Positions 13,401 through 30,113 of a DNA stretch of 64,000 nt are shown here, piece by piece; the stretch's first letter is position 1; every line of letters begins with the position of its first letter. Source of the stretch: the human T2T-CHM13v2.0 reference genome, Homo sapiens. The position numbers were made by a program, and so were the translations under genes. The stretch is taken from assembly GCF_009914755.1 (NCBI RefSeq), contig NC_060941.1. One strand, written 5' to 3'. Under the pieces are notes generated by a model. The model worked only from the letters and a program-made list of their open reading frames with translations, had not been told where the DNA came from and did not search any database.

Positions 13401-14425
13401 CTACAAAGCACACTAGGCCAAAAGAAATGAAAAAGTACTCAAGACTCTGTTTTTACCGGTGAGTTTTCTGCAGAAAAATGACAGCGTTTACTGTCTTCAC
13501 ACACGTGACCTAGGGGACTGAAAGGGAATTGCTATTCTTGCAAAACGTGGAAGAACCAGCAATGTGGGACAATCCCCAGCCCAGAAGATGGTACAATGCA
13601 TCTTTACACCTCCTTTCAAGGATGGGCATCTCAGATACTAGACTTGGATTCAAGCAGAAAGCCACCCTGGGATGACATGCCACAGAACTAAGAGCCTCCC
13701 TTTTGGACCCTTCATTCCTGAGCCACACAGGCACTGGTCAGTGCTTCGTGGGTCCAGCGCACACCACCCTCAACTGTGCTCCGTGTTGCTAGGCCCCAAG
13801 GGTGGGGGTGGGAAGGGAAGGCCAGGTTGCCTGACTGAATGAATGAAGTTGGGGAGGGTTCGGGCCAAAGGCAGTGAAATCCTCAGATCCATCCACCTTT
13901 CTGGCCAGTGTCTGCAGTGTGAAGTCTCACCAGGCAGAGGGCAGGGAGCGGGAGGGAGGGTATAGCTGCCCACGCTGCAATCAGGGCAGGCCTGACCCAC
14001 AGTTCAAAGTCCTGCGGAACATTCCCTGTGTACTTAGAAAAGGGGGCCTGGATGCAGACGCTGAAGCTCACTCGGGTGCAGCGTGCAGTACCTTTGTCTT
14101 CCCTTCACTTTCTATTCAGTATCTCCTGTGCCCACCCTACACCCAGCCAGTATCTCATGACTGCCAGCAATATCCAGAAACTATACTAGGCATTAGGGAG
14201 ATAACAGGGAGCAAAACAGGCAGAAATCCCTGTACTCACGAAGCACACATTCTAGTGGAGGAAGCAGGAGCTTTACAGTTCAGTCCAGGCCTCACTGAAC
14301 TTGCTTCCTGACCTGCTCTCCCCGCCCTCCTGTGTCTCGGGTACTGGGAGTGCCCACCAGGAACATGGAACAGCCCACGTTAGCTGAAACATCAGAATCG
14401 GGAGGGCCCTGAATTCCACTGGTCA

Positions 14426-15191
<766 letters not shown>

Positions 15192-16268
15192 TGTACACAG
15201 TGATCTAAAGAGCAAATGTTACATACAATCTACCTGTCAGTTATACTGAACATAGACTTTTGAAGACACCATCCTTAGTTTAATCACCTAAACTTTTAGC
15301 CTGAGAAACAACCCAATTTATTAAGTGATTGTTTCACTTGATAATTTACTAATTACCTATTGTGATGTAGAGGGCTTTGGCAGCTCACATTGAAAAAAAA
15401 CCCAAAAACAAACCCCCTACACTCCCTCTTTGGTTAGAGGTGAAACAAATCCATGTTTCCAGATGCATCTACGTCGTCCCATATGAAGGAGAGGTAACTT
15501 ATTTGGAGGACTCCATGGAAGACAGAAAAAGTTATTTTGTTGCTTAACAAATATTATGCAAAAGTAGATAGAGACAGTCAGCTGAAAGGGTGTTTATGTT
15601 AATTCCAACTAGAAACAAACCCTTAATTGTTTGCTTCAGCCCACTGGAGTCCAAAGAATGGAGTGGGAAGTCCTGGCACGAGAGGCTGGGGAGGATGCAG
15701 GGTTCTGGCCGCGAGCCCTGCATTTCTGGGCTCCAAGCTCCCCAGCAAGAGGGTGAATCTGAAGGTCTGCCCTGGCTCTGGGCGCTATGACCTAATAGCT
15801 TTGTAATATGCCTGCCAGCAGCTGTACTGTACAATTTCTCATCAATTTCAGAATGCTTTAATACAACAATATGAAAGCTGTTAAGCAATCCCTTCTATGG
15901 GGAGAAGAAAGGCTCTGATTTGTGTCATACTGCATTTGTTCTCTGGCAGCAAACTAGCATTTCATGGGCTGCCACACGCTTGGGAAATCGACTTTGGGTA
16001 GGAGATGCAAACTCAGGGTGCCTAGGAAATCACGGGGCGCTGTCCTAAAGCCCAGCCTTCCCTGACTGTTCACGGATGCCGTCTGTCCTCCCAGCCTCTG
16101 AATGCTCACAGCTCTTCTCTCACAGCTCACACCAACTTCTGTGTCCCACTCTGGTTATATGTGTTCTCTGCCCACGTGGTGGGGAGCCCCCCCGAAAGGG
16201 GCATGCCTGTTTTGTCTCTGACTGAGCCTAGTTGGTAAGTTTTGGTTTACGGTAGCAAAAACCTCTTA

Positions 16269-16478
<210 letters not shown>

Positions 16479-16504
16479 CTAGAGAGGAGAGAGGAGTTTA
16501 GTCA

Positions 16505-16723
<219 letters not shown>

Positions 16724-17449
16724 TCAGCACAGCACGGGAGCCTCAGGGAAGGCTCCTCCACCCACCCTGTTGCTGGAAACCTGAGCAGCCATCCTGAATT
16801 TTCTCTTTCCCCTGCACTCATCCCCAAATCCATCAGTAGGTCCCACTGATGACACTTCCAAACACCCTCCCCCGCTGCCACCACCCAGATGCAGGCCTGT
16901 CATCTCTCACCTGGACTGTTGGGTGGCCTCCCGCTGCCCTGCCTGCCTCTCTCCAGCTGTTCTCCACAGACAACAGCCAGAGTCGCTTTCAAAACGCAAG
17001 CACGACCCCAGCCTCCCCACCGCTGAAACTCTTCAGTGGTTTCCAATGCACTGAGAATCAAATTCTAACTACTCATGATGGCATGCTCAAAAAGGCGCAT
17101 GATGGACGTTCAGTTCAGTAATTAAGTGGAGAAATCAACTGAATTGGAAAAAAAGATAATGACTTTTAACGAAAAAATGAATTCAGAGAAAGGTCCTATC
17201 TGAGGAACCTGCTTGCCAAAGCTAGCTGGAAAGTGAAGGCCTGCAGTGCCCGTTGGCGCACCCCACGGCTCCCCCCTGCGGTGTGCAGGGCTCGGCAGGA
17301 CTGGCACGGGGTACCATGGCTGAGGCAGCCCAGGCCCAGCGAGGGAGGAGCAAACCACCCGCTGATGCCAGGTGTGTGGACACCTCCAGCCTTCTCAGCA
17401 GTGCGCGTGCCTGAGGGCGAAGAACCCACCCCCGGCCGTGGGAGACTCA

Positions 17450-17539
<90 letters not shown>

Positions 17540-19019
17540 CTAAGCAGTGGAGACTGCGTTAAGCTCTGGCTGTGAATAGTTTCCTCACCTGTGGAATCTG
17601 ACAGTGCCTGGAGCTACAGCGACCTTGCTCCTGTCACTGTTTACCTGCACCTCAAGCTGTCATTTAGATTTGAGAAATTAAACTGGCAAGAAAATCTGCT
17701 CGGTGCAGGCCAGCCAGGTGGTGTGTGGTGTCAGCATCTGACACAGATGTCCAGAGGAAAGTCTTCATTGCCATAAGGGCTTTGCTGTCACCTCCAACGT
17801 AAGAGGTGGCTATGTTCCTGCCCTTCTTGGAAAGCTGGTGCTTCTTAATATAAACTGAGCATGAACTTTATATAAACCCTGAACCCTAAGAAACATGAGC
17901 TATACCAACTGATGGCCCTGAAGTATCTTTCACATAAACAGTTTGAGATCAAGGACGCTGGCTGCACAGACCAGTGCGGATCCAGGCAGCTGTGCCGCAA
18001 CAAGGATCAATGCTCCCATGGAGAGGAGGCAGGTGGGGGCCTCCGCAGGGGCTCAAGTGTTTGCAGAGCTGGGCCTCTAAGGTGGGCAAGGCCTCTTTCT
18101 TGAAGGGGACTGTGGCTCCACAGGGGGCTCTCAGAGGACTGGACAATGGGGACAGCCCTGTGCCTGCCAGCCCACGGGAGGAACTGCCTGATGGCTGCTT
18201 TTCCACAAACTTCTTTGGAAGGATGATTTGCCATGGAAAGGAGTCAAGGGTGCATTTATCTTATAAATGAGGAAACTGAGGCCCACCTGGATGAAGATAC
18301 TGGCCCAAAGTCCCAAGGTTAGTCAGCAGCAAAAAGTCAGGGTTCCTACTCCCTGTCCAGGGCTCTTCCCACCAGCTGCCCCTTCCAAAAGATGCCACAT
18401 TTGGCAAGAGCACACCTTGAAGGTGTCTTAGGAGCAGGGCTGCACGGGAGCTCCTCTGTCTGCTCCAGCACGTGCACCTGCCTTACATGAGTGTAGGCTG
18501 AAGGTCCTCTGACAGGCCTGGGTTCTAGCACATCCTGGCACACAGGGCAGGGTGGGAGTCAGGAAGGAAAGAGAGGCAGCTGACGGAATGTTCCAGGCCT
18601 GATCCCAGGGCCACTGACTCCAGACAGCTCTACCATCTGGCCTCTGGTGTTTTGTCTTCTTGGGCCTATGAAACACTCACTGTCCACTGGCTTGGGGGTG
18701 GGGCTCTAGGCAGACTGAGGGACCCACGGGAGAAAGGAAGGGACCCCGGGGCCTCTAAGCCAGATGAACGGAGGTGTTTGAGGGAAGGAAAAGTGTCAGA
18801 AATAGGGGGAAGGGCAGGGCCAGCTTTCCAGCTCAGTCTCTTCTCCCTAATGCAGTGTGAGTCAGGCCTTGCCTGAGAGTCTGAAAGAAACACTTTCAGA
18901 AAAAACAGTGTGGTACAGAGAATGCCTCTTGGACACTTGGGTAATGGCCCAGGAGCGCTCTCTAGGAGGCAGGCTCCAACAGCCACATCGCCTTTGGGGA
19001 AATGAGCATTTGGGAATCT

Positions 19020-19450
19020 CACCAATCAACTCCATGATGGATACATAGAGCTTACACATCTACTTCATTGATGAACATGCATCATTTTTAAGTACCCACG
19101 GAACACTTATAAAAACTAACGTGTTCTAGGTCCCAGAGCTCTTTCTCAGCATTCTCTGACCACAATGTGATAAAACTAGAAATCAACTTAAAAAACAAGC
19201 AAATGCCATACATTTGGAAATTTAAACCGCAAGCTTAAATTATTCACAGGATGAAGAAGAAACCATAATAGAAATTAGAAAAATTTAGAATTACATGACA
19301 ATGAAATTACTCCACATCAAAATTTGTGGAACATGATGAAAACCGATCTTAGAGGGGAATTTACAGTCTTTTATAAACATATCAGACAAGAAGCTTGAGA
19401 GCTGATGAGCTAAGTGTCCAACTCAAGAAGTCAGAAAAAAAAGGAGCAAA
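19020..19450 (+). mobile_element. Old L1 (L1M) ORF2 fragment
   Basis: A-rich, with L1 ORF2 motifs (ttctctgaccacaatgtgataaaactagaaatcaa; caaaatttgtgg...ttagaggggaattt). Confidence 0.75.
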
Positions 19451-20138
19451 AAATGGTGAGATAGAGGACAGCAGGACGAAAACCTCTTGAAGCTGGCTCT
19501 CAGGTTCTCTCTCAGGGTCGGCTCCGTGTTTACTGATCTGGTTTTGAGTTCCTTGTTCATTCCTGACACCTAGAGAGCCGTCCTCCTTTCTTGCAAGCTC
19601 AACTCTGCCTTTGCTAATATTTTATCCAATATTTATAGGTGTTTGTATTGGGAGTTTTTTCATATTAACTGATAATAACATTTAACTTACCTTTTCAGGT
19701 TTGAAGAAATGTTGATTATCCATCATTTATACGGTAATGTGTATATTTAAGTGTGCCTTGCACTGTTACAGTTCCTATATGCAACACTTTATCAGTCTCT
19801 GCTTCATGAGAACTTACAAGAAAGATAAATGAAGGAATAACAGGAATTCAATGAAACAAACTTCTCTCCTTTTAAGTTATCACATGAGTAGTGCTTCTGT
19901 GTAAAAACAAGGCAATTTTGCATCACCAAGGTTGGAGTTACACAGTTCTTGTGCTTATCAACACTTCCCTTTCCTGCACAGGGGAACAGGCCAAGAAGGT
20001 GGCCTGAAAAGCTACTCATCAGCTCCTTTGCCTTTTGCCAGGTAGAGGAATATATGTGAGCAGTGTCGAAGTGATAACTTTCTGTTTCCAAACTGAAGCA
20101 ACAAGAAGGTTGAGGACCATATTAAAAATGGATACTTA

Positions 20139-20399
<261 letters not shown>

Positions 20400-20457
20400 C
20401 TAAGATTAAATAAGAAGGTTTTGGGGTGGTTTACATTCTTAGTTTTAGTTAAAATAA

Positions 20458-20561
20458 AATTTTTTTAGAGATGAGCCCTGGCTGTGTTGCCCAGGCTGAT
20501 CTCAAACTCAAGGCCTCAAGCATTGCTCCTGATTACAAGTGTGAGCTGCGGTGCCTGGCCC
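20458..20561 (-). mobile_element. FLAM/Alu monomer fragment
   Basis: tgttgcccaggctgatctcaaactc...gtgagctgcggtgcctggcc. Confidence 0.75.
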
Positions 20562-20639
20562 CATTCTTAGCTTGTAAACATGGTATTTTTTTTCTAGATT
20601 ATAAAAGTAATATACATTCATTGTAAATATAAAAGTATA

Positions 20640-22495
20640 TGGGAATGACAAGGATATCGTAAGAAAACTACAGATCAAAATGAAATCCCTTATGAATACA
20701 AATGCAAAAATCTTCAACAGAATAGTAGCAAACTGAATCTGGCAACATGTAAAAAGGATTATACACCATGACCAAGCAGGATCTATCTGAGGAATGCAAG
20801 GTTGGTTTGACAACCAAAAATGAATTAATGTAACCATATGATCATCACAATAAATGCTGAAGAAGCACTTGACAAAATCTAATACCCTTTCAATATAAAA
20901 ATGCTCAACAAGCTATGAACAGAAGGAAATTTCTTCAACTCTGATTAAGGGCATCAATGAAAAACTGACAGCCAATATCATACTTAAGGATCAGTGACCA
21001 AATGCTTTCCCTCTAAAAGATGAGCAACAAGACAAGGATGTCTGATCTTGCCACTTCTACTTAACAATGCAATAGAGATTCTAGCCAGGGTAATTAATTA
21101 GGCAAGATAAAGAAATAAAAGATATCCAGATTGGAAAGGAAGAAGTAAAACTAGTTCAATTTGCAGATGATCTGATATTGTATATAGAAAATCTTAAGGA
21201 AGACACTGAAAGAATTAGAACTGCTGGTAATATGGACAGTAAAAGAAAAGAAAGCCCACAAGAACTAATTGATGAGTTTAGCAAGATTGCGGGATACAAG
21301 ATCAACATACAAACATCAATTATATTTCTATACACCAACTATGAACATTCAAAATAAAGCAATTACATTTATAATACCATCAAAAGAATATAAACTTAGG
21401 TATAAAGAAAAAAAGTGAAAGACTTGTATACCAAGAACTACAAAACGTCACTGAAAAAAATAAAAAAGATCTAAATAAATGGAAAGATTATCCATGTTTG
21501 TAGACCAGAAGACTTAATATTGTTAAAATAGCAATACTCTCCAAATTGATTTACACATCAACACAATAAACTATCAAAACCCAAGCTGGCTTTTTTTTTT
21601 TTTTTTTTTTGGTGGCAGAAATTAAGCTAAGGCAGGTGTGGAAATCATTTACTCAAAGAATTTATATCCAGAATACAGAATTGTTTCAACTCAATAATTA
21701 AAAGAGAGCTCAGCTGTTTAACCTCATTAGTCATTAGAGAAATAAAAATAAAAGCCACAATGAAATGTCACTTCACACCCACTAAGATGGTTACAATCAA
21801 AAGATGGACAATAACAAATGTTGACAAGATGTGGAGAAATTGGAACCCTCATACATAGCTGGTAGGAACGTAAAACTGCAGTGACTGTGGGAAACAGTTT
21901 GGCAGTTCCTCAAAGTTAAACACAGAGGTACCATATAACCCAGCTCAATTCCACTCCTAGGTATATTTCTGAGAAAACTGAAAGCACATGTCCACACAAA
22001 TGCATATGAATGTTCATAGAGGCATTATTCAGAAGTCAAAAAAATGGAAGCAACCCAAATGTCCAACTGGGGGATAGACGAGTAAAATGTGGTAGATGTA
22101 TCCACACAGTAGAGTGTTACTCAGTAATAAAAAGGAGTGCGGTACTTGTTCATGTGGCTACATGGATGAACTTTGAAAACATCATGCTAAGTGGAAAACC
22201 AGTCACAAAAGGCCACATATTGTATGATTCCACTGATATGAAATATGGAACAAAGGCAAATTTATAGAGACTGAAAGATTAGTAGTTGATTAACGCAGGA
22301 TGCAGCAGGGATACAGGGAATGGGGAGTGACAGCTAATGGGTGGAGGATTCTTTTGGGAGGGACCAAAATGCCCCAAATTTGATAGTGGTGATGGCTGAA
22401 TAAGCCTATGAATAACTAAAAAACACTGAAAACACTAAACTGGCGAATTGTGTGGTATGTGAACTATATTTCAATAAAGCTGTTAAATAAAATCA
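20640..22495 (+). mobile_element. Degenerate L1 (L1MB/MC-like) ORF2 and 3'UTR, internally deleted
   Basis: L1 RT-region motifs (atacaccatgaccaag, tttgcagatgat, caagattgcgggatacaagatcaac) and a 3' end with caataaagctgtt. Confidence 0.88.
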
Positions 22496-22561
22496 CAGTA
22501 TTATAGTTTATATTCTTTGTAATTAATTAGCTTAATAACTTTTATAATTAGCTAATAAAAA

Positions 22562-22660
22562 TCTTGAGCCCAGGCTGCAGTGAGCCATGACTGCACCACC
22601 ATACTTCACCCTGGGTAGCAGACTGAGACTCTATCTCTGGGAAAAAAAACAAAAAAAAAA
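22562..22660 (+). mobile_element. Alu 3' fragment
   Basis: cttgagcccaggctgcagtgagccatga... followed by an A tail. Confidence 0.75.
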
Positions 22661-23368
22661 TCTTTATATTTAGCTTCAAAAAAAAAAAAAAAAAGCATAT
22701 GGAAACAAGTTCCTACCAACCTATTACCCAGAGATGACTTTCCCTCCAAACTTTTTTCTAGGTATAGTATGTCTGCCTACATGTCTGTATGTGAAAATGT
22801 ATACACACACATGTGTAGAGTTACAAGTCAAACCGTCCTACACCATATTTTCCTTTATTCATTTAAGTCTGGCCATCATTCCCCACACACCCCATCACTT
22901 AGATGGTTAGCAGTCCATTGACATTTAGGGGGTTTCCATTTTTGCTATCATAAATAACAAAACTTCTGCTAAAGATCTTTGTACATAAAAATTTCTTCTT
23001 TATATTTTGTTAAATTTTCAAGATGTATCAACAAGGTCAAAGGAAAAGTTTTCATCATTAACGGACCAGTTCCCCTGAGAAGTTGCTCCCATCCATCCTA
23101 TAGGTGAGGGCCCCCTGCCTGCCTGCTCACACCATGAACTCTTGCAGAGATCACTTCTTGTCATTGTGGTAATGAAAACTGGCACATCATCTGGGTAGAA
23201 AAAGTGACGATTAAAACAGACCAAAAAGATCACAAAAGCTACAGCACTAAGGGGCTGGGTCAACATGACCCTCCTCTCGAGGTGAGGAAGGGTGGGTTTT
23301 AAGCATTGCCACAGGCTCTCAGGGCCACAGGAGGCCAGCATGATGCCTCCACCCCAACTGTGTTGCTA

Positions 23369-23713
<345 letters not shown>

Positions 23714-25007
23714 CTAATGGACAACATCGGGTTATGCTGGGTTACATCCAAGTATCTGCTCGCAGAACAGGCAGACTGTTCTCAAGTGGGGGGCTCTGGT
23801 TACTCGGGTGAGTGGAAACTTCTGTTACTCTGTAGAGGTCTCTGTTACCAAACAGTTACTATCAACAGAAAACCACAGTAGCTGAATTTTGTTCAAAGGG
23901 GTCTTTAAACACCACCACCTAGTACAAACCATCCCACTGACTGCTACGAGGGCATGCGAGAAGGCAGCCAGTGACCTGAGCTCGGTGTAGATGAAGCCAA
24001 GATGGAAAAACCCAAGACAATACGGTAACCATGTAATAAAGGCTGGGGTAGGCACAGAGCGGGCATGGGGTGGTTGCTAAGAGGTACAGAGGACTAAGCA
24101 GGCATTCCTGTTTCCTAGAGCTGTGAGGACATGGGGCATGGCCATGTTGCAGGGGTGTCAGAACCAGGCAGAAACTGCCTTTGATCAGCAGGAAAGGGGG
24201 GAGCAGTCAAAGCTGTCCAATGGAGGAGGGACAAAATGAAGGCCTGCTCTGGAGCAGGCAGATGGGAGAGTGAGGATGAGTAAGATGTGGGCTGGAAACC
24301 GAGGTGGACACACCTGTCAGCCACTCACTCACTCTGTGGCACTCTTCACTCAGCCTCCTAGTGTGCAGTGGGGATGGGGAACTGTGCTCACACTGTGTGA
24401 GGGATGCTCAGAAGAAGGTGCTCTGGAGTCCTTAAACCAAATCCTAACGCCTCTGTCACCAATGATGAGGACCAGACACAGAGCTGTTGAGCTCCAAACC
24501 TTATCAGCCCATGAGTCCACAGGGACTGTGTGTCATTGCCTTGACATGGTCTTCCCAACCTGTCCTGCTTCTTCCACTTATTCAGCCATAAATGAATGTT
24601 TCGTCATGTATTTATTAAGGTATAGGTCATAAATACCTTAATAAATACCTGCACCCTATGTAGTGCAGTAGCAGCTGGAGGCTCAGCGAGCAAAGAAAGG
24701 TCCCTGCCTTCACAACCTTCCGCTTCCTGCAAAGAGGATGATGGCTGGTGTGGGAGCTGGTATGGAGGCACCAAGGCTTGACGGAGTGGTGGCTCCACTG
24801 GTCCTCTCCAAAGGGGAGAAACAAGGCCACCGCTGCTGCTGCTCTGCAGGGGTTGGCATGGGAGAGGAGGAGCAGGGCAGCTGCTTCCGCATAGGGCAGA
24901 GGTGCTCGTCATCTGCTTGCTGTGTTCTGCAGAGACCTGGGGCTGTACCTCAAAGCACAGGATAGCAGAAGGCTCCTAATGTAGAGCCACTTACATGAAT
25001 TTCAAAG

Positions 25008-25490
25008 TGTGGTTTAAAAAAATTTCTACAAATTCTTTAATACTCCCCACCTTAAAGAGTTGGAGCATAATCTCCTCTTGAATGTGGGCCAGACTTAGTG
25101 ACTTGCTTCTAATAAACAGAATAAACAAGTGATCACATGAGACTTGGGAGATGAGGTCATAAAAGGCCCGGAAGCTTCCTCCTTGCTTGCTTTCTTTTGG
25201 ATCTCTCACTCTCCTGAAGCTCCCTCCAGGACAGTCAGGAGGCCCATGTGGTGAGCTGCTGAGGCCTCCTGCTGACACCATGTGTGTGAGTCAGTTTGGC
25301 ACGCTCCTCCAGCCCTGGTCAGGCCTTCGAATTATGCAGCCAGGGCCGAGGTCCTTACTGTACCAGAACCACTGACTCAACTGCTTCCCAATTCCTCACC
25401 CACAGAAACTGTGACAAAAATGTTGTCACAGTTTGCAATAATTTGTTAAGTTTGGGGTAATTTCTTATCCAGCAATAAATGATCAATAAT
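25008..25490 (+). mobile_element. MaLR solo LTR (MLT1F-like)
   Basis: tgtggtttaaaaa...aaattctttaatactcc...gacttagtgacttgcttctaa...cccacagaaactgtga...aagtttggggtaattt...cagcaata. Confidence 0.8.
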
Positions 25491-25540
25491 TAGTGGAGTG
25501 AAAATAACAAAATAAAGCAAAATTCAGTAATTCCAAATCT

Positions 25541-25819
25541 GGCCGGGCATGGTGGCTCATGCCTGTAATCCCAGCACTTTGGGAGGCCAAGGCGGGCAGA
25601 TCACCTGAGTCCAGGAGTTTGAGACCAGCCTGGCCAACACGATCAAATCCCGTCTCTACTAAAAATACAAAAATTAGCTGGGCATGGTGGTGTGTGTCTG
25701 TGGTCCCAGCTACTTGGGAGGCTGAGACAGGAGAATCACTTCAATCTGGGAGGCAGAGGTTGCAGTGAGCCAAGATCGTGCCACTGCACTCCAGCCTGGG
25801 TGACAGAGCGAGACTCCGT

Positions 25820-25852
<33 letters not shown>
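25541..25852 (+). mobile_element. Alu (AluS-like) with tail converted to (CA)13
   Basis: Full Alu; (CA)13 at 25827-25852; TSD-like ccaaatc. Confidence 0.95.
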
Positions 25853-25853
<1 letters not shown>

Positions 25854-26320
25854 CCCAAATCCAAAACTTACTGCCATGAACTGGAAGGGACTGGCAAAAT
25901 ACCCACAATTCATTTTTAAAGTAAAGTTTTAGACTAGAAATTTAACATATATGCAGAAAAGTGTCTAATATACATTCAGAAAAGTATACAACTTATACAT
26001 GGATAGCAACTTTATAAAAGGACAAATTTAAATATCTGCTCTTTTTCCTTTTGAAGAGTGATCTAATTATTAGGACTTGGAATCTGAACCACAGACATCT
26101 GCCGAATCACCGTGTCTGGGATGCATCAATTCTTTCCTATACCCATGTTCTAAGACAAGGAACTTGAACCTAACCACGGATTCCTTTGGGAGTCCACTGA
26201 GGGCTTTCTGACTGATAAGTGTCTGGCTTGTAGGCAGGAATGATACTGAGAAATAGTAAGACCTAAACTAATTACAATAAAATTTAAATAATAAAATTCT
26301 CAAATGACCAAATAAATTCA

Positions 26321-26659
<339 letters not shown>

Positions 26660-28308
26660 CTAAACCACCGAAGCATCAGGAAAGAGTTGACCGGGGTGGA
26701 GGCACATATGAAGAACAGCAGTCTTACTGTTTTACAGGCCCACTCGTGGCATGCTGGCCACTTTGGTCCCCCTGGGCCGGCCCCCTGCCACATGCATACA
26801 CATCCTTCCCTCTCCCCTGAAAGCTGCTGCTATTCTCCATTTCAGTGTATGCAGTTCAGAACTACAGTGCGGATGTCTTTATTCCCACGTGTTCTCTGGT
26901 CATCCTCCTCTGATGACCTTTAAGCTGAGAGCTCTTCAGTGAGCCAAAGAACAAAGGAAACAGCCATGTCAGAGAACCTGTCTGTTGACTGACTCCTTGC
27001 CTGCTGTCTGTGAGGAACAAGTACAACAGTACATCTCTTCTTGCTGTAGAGAAGATCATTCGTATTGAAAAGCACATGTGGAAACTGCTGATTATTAGGG
27101 TGGCTTGGGCCTAAGAAGCAGGGCACAGTACACAGGCCTTGATCTTTCTCTGGACAAAGATGCCCCCAGCACCATTTCCCTCATTCTCTGCGCCAAGCAC
27201 TGTGCTGAGAGCTCCACCTCCTGTGCCCTTTGACCCTCACAGCAGCCTTTGGAGGGAGGCCTTGGTGCTGCTGTGCACCCTCTGGGGTCCAGGACCACTG
27301 CAGTTCTCACGGGGACAGGCGCGGGGAATCCTAGGACAGGAGGAAGGTCCATTTCTACAGTGTCTGGTGCTCAGTAGGCACAAAAGACCTGTTTGTGGGA
27401 TCAACATGTGAGTGTTGATGCTACAGAAAACGAACATGAAATCAACTGTAGAGTTCTCTCTCCACATTTCACTGTGTAACCATGGCCACTTCTACTTTCA
27501 GTGGCCTCTTTTTGTCCATGGGGCTAGTCCCTGGGCGCCAAGTTGTAGGAGACCCAGCAGAAAGGTGGGACCACCTTCGCTGACTTATGATGTGGCCAGA
27601 TGGCCCATAGCACATGAAAATGAGATCCTGCCTTTTTAGAGGACTTTGTGTGCTTTTCAAAGCAGATGCAGTAACTTCATGAAATTGGGCAAGTATAATG
27701 TCCATCTGGCAGATAAGGAAACTTAGGCTTCAAAAGCTTAAGTGGCTTCCCATGGTCAGAATGGAAGCCTGTGGAGGAGCCAGGGAACCTTGCCTTTGAT
27801 ACCAGGCCTGGGTTTGTTTTGCTATCTTCAACACGTCATACACTAAGGGAGAGACGTAGGGTAAATAAATATCATGGCAGCTCTTGTGGAAGATGTATGC
27901 AATGGAAAGAGAAACTGTGCCACAGAAGCTTCCAAGCTGTGGATAAGCCCCCAAAGCTACTGAAGCTCTCAAAGAAAACAGTGGGGCCTCCCTGGGAAGA
28001 ACCAGGTCAGAGGGAGCTGCCATTCCCTCCTCCTCCTCTCCAGGTCCCCACTCACCTCATGTTTGATAACTACCTGTGACGGCAGAACCATGAAACCTTT
28101 TGTTGAAAGGCCCTCCTGCCAGGATGCAGGCTGGAGCAGGGAGGGCAGTGAAAGGACAAGAAGAAACATGTTCACCTCCAGCCAGTGCTGGGGGAAGACT
28201 GCAGAAAACCTCACAGCAGTCCCAGAAGACCTGAACCCCGTACGCATGCACAGGCCAAAACACTCCTAGATGGCTTTGCTGCTGGGCTGTGCATTCCCAG
28301 GTCCTTCA

Positions 28309-28710
<402 letters not shown>

Positions 28711-28817
28711 CTAGATTATGGTGTTCTTGTATTTCCTTTTTTTTTTTTTTTTTGCTTTCCCTTTTTCCAATTTTGATATAAACATGTATCACATTTAAAT
28801 GCCTTTAAATAAGATTA

Positions 28818-29129
<312 letters not shown>

Positions 29130-29182
29130 CTAGGTTTTGTGTACGGACAAACAGAAAGCTCAGTATTAATGTACTCAATTGG

Positions 29183-29464
<282 letters not shown>

Positions 29465-29738
29465 GAACTCAATTGGTTTTTGCCTTTGAAGAAAAAAAAA
29501 ACCTTTTGTTTTTAATATTTTGAGAGAAGAAAAATCAATACTGTGATTTTAAAACAAATGAGTCTTAGACTGTCACTTAATTTCTTAGCTAATAGTCCAT
29601 AAAATGATGACTGGATTGAAATCTTACATCGTTGACACAGTCCTAGGTCCTTATTTTAAGGGCTTCCAGCATTATAACCAGCATGTGGCTGGGTCAAGAA
29701 AAACCATTTAATGGGCTTAATTTAGTACGACCTAATTA

Positions 29739-30113
<375 letters not shown>

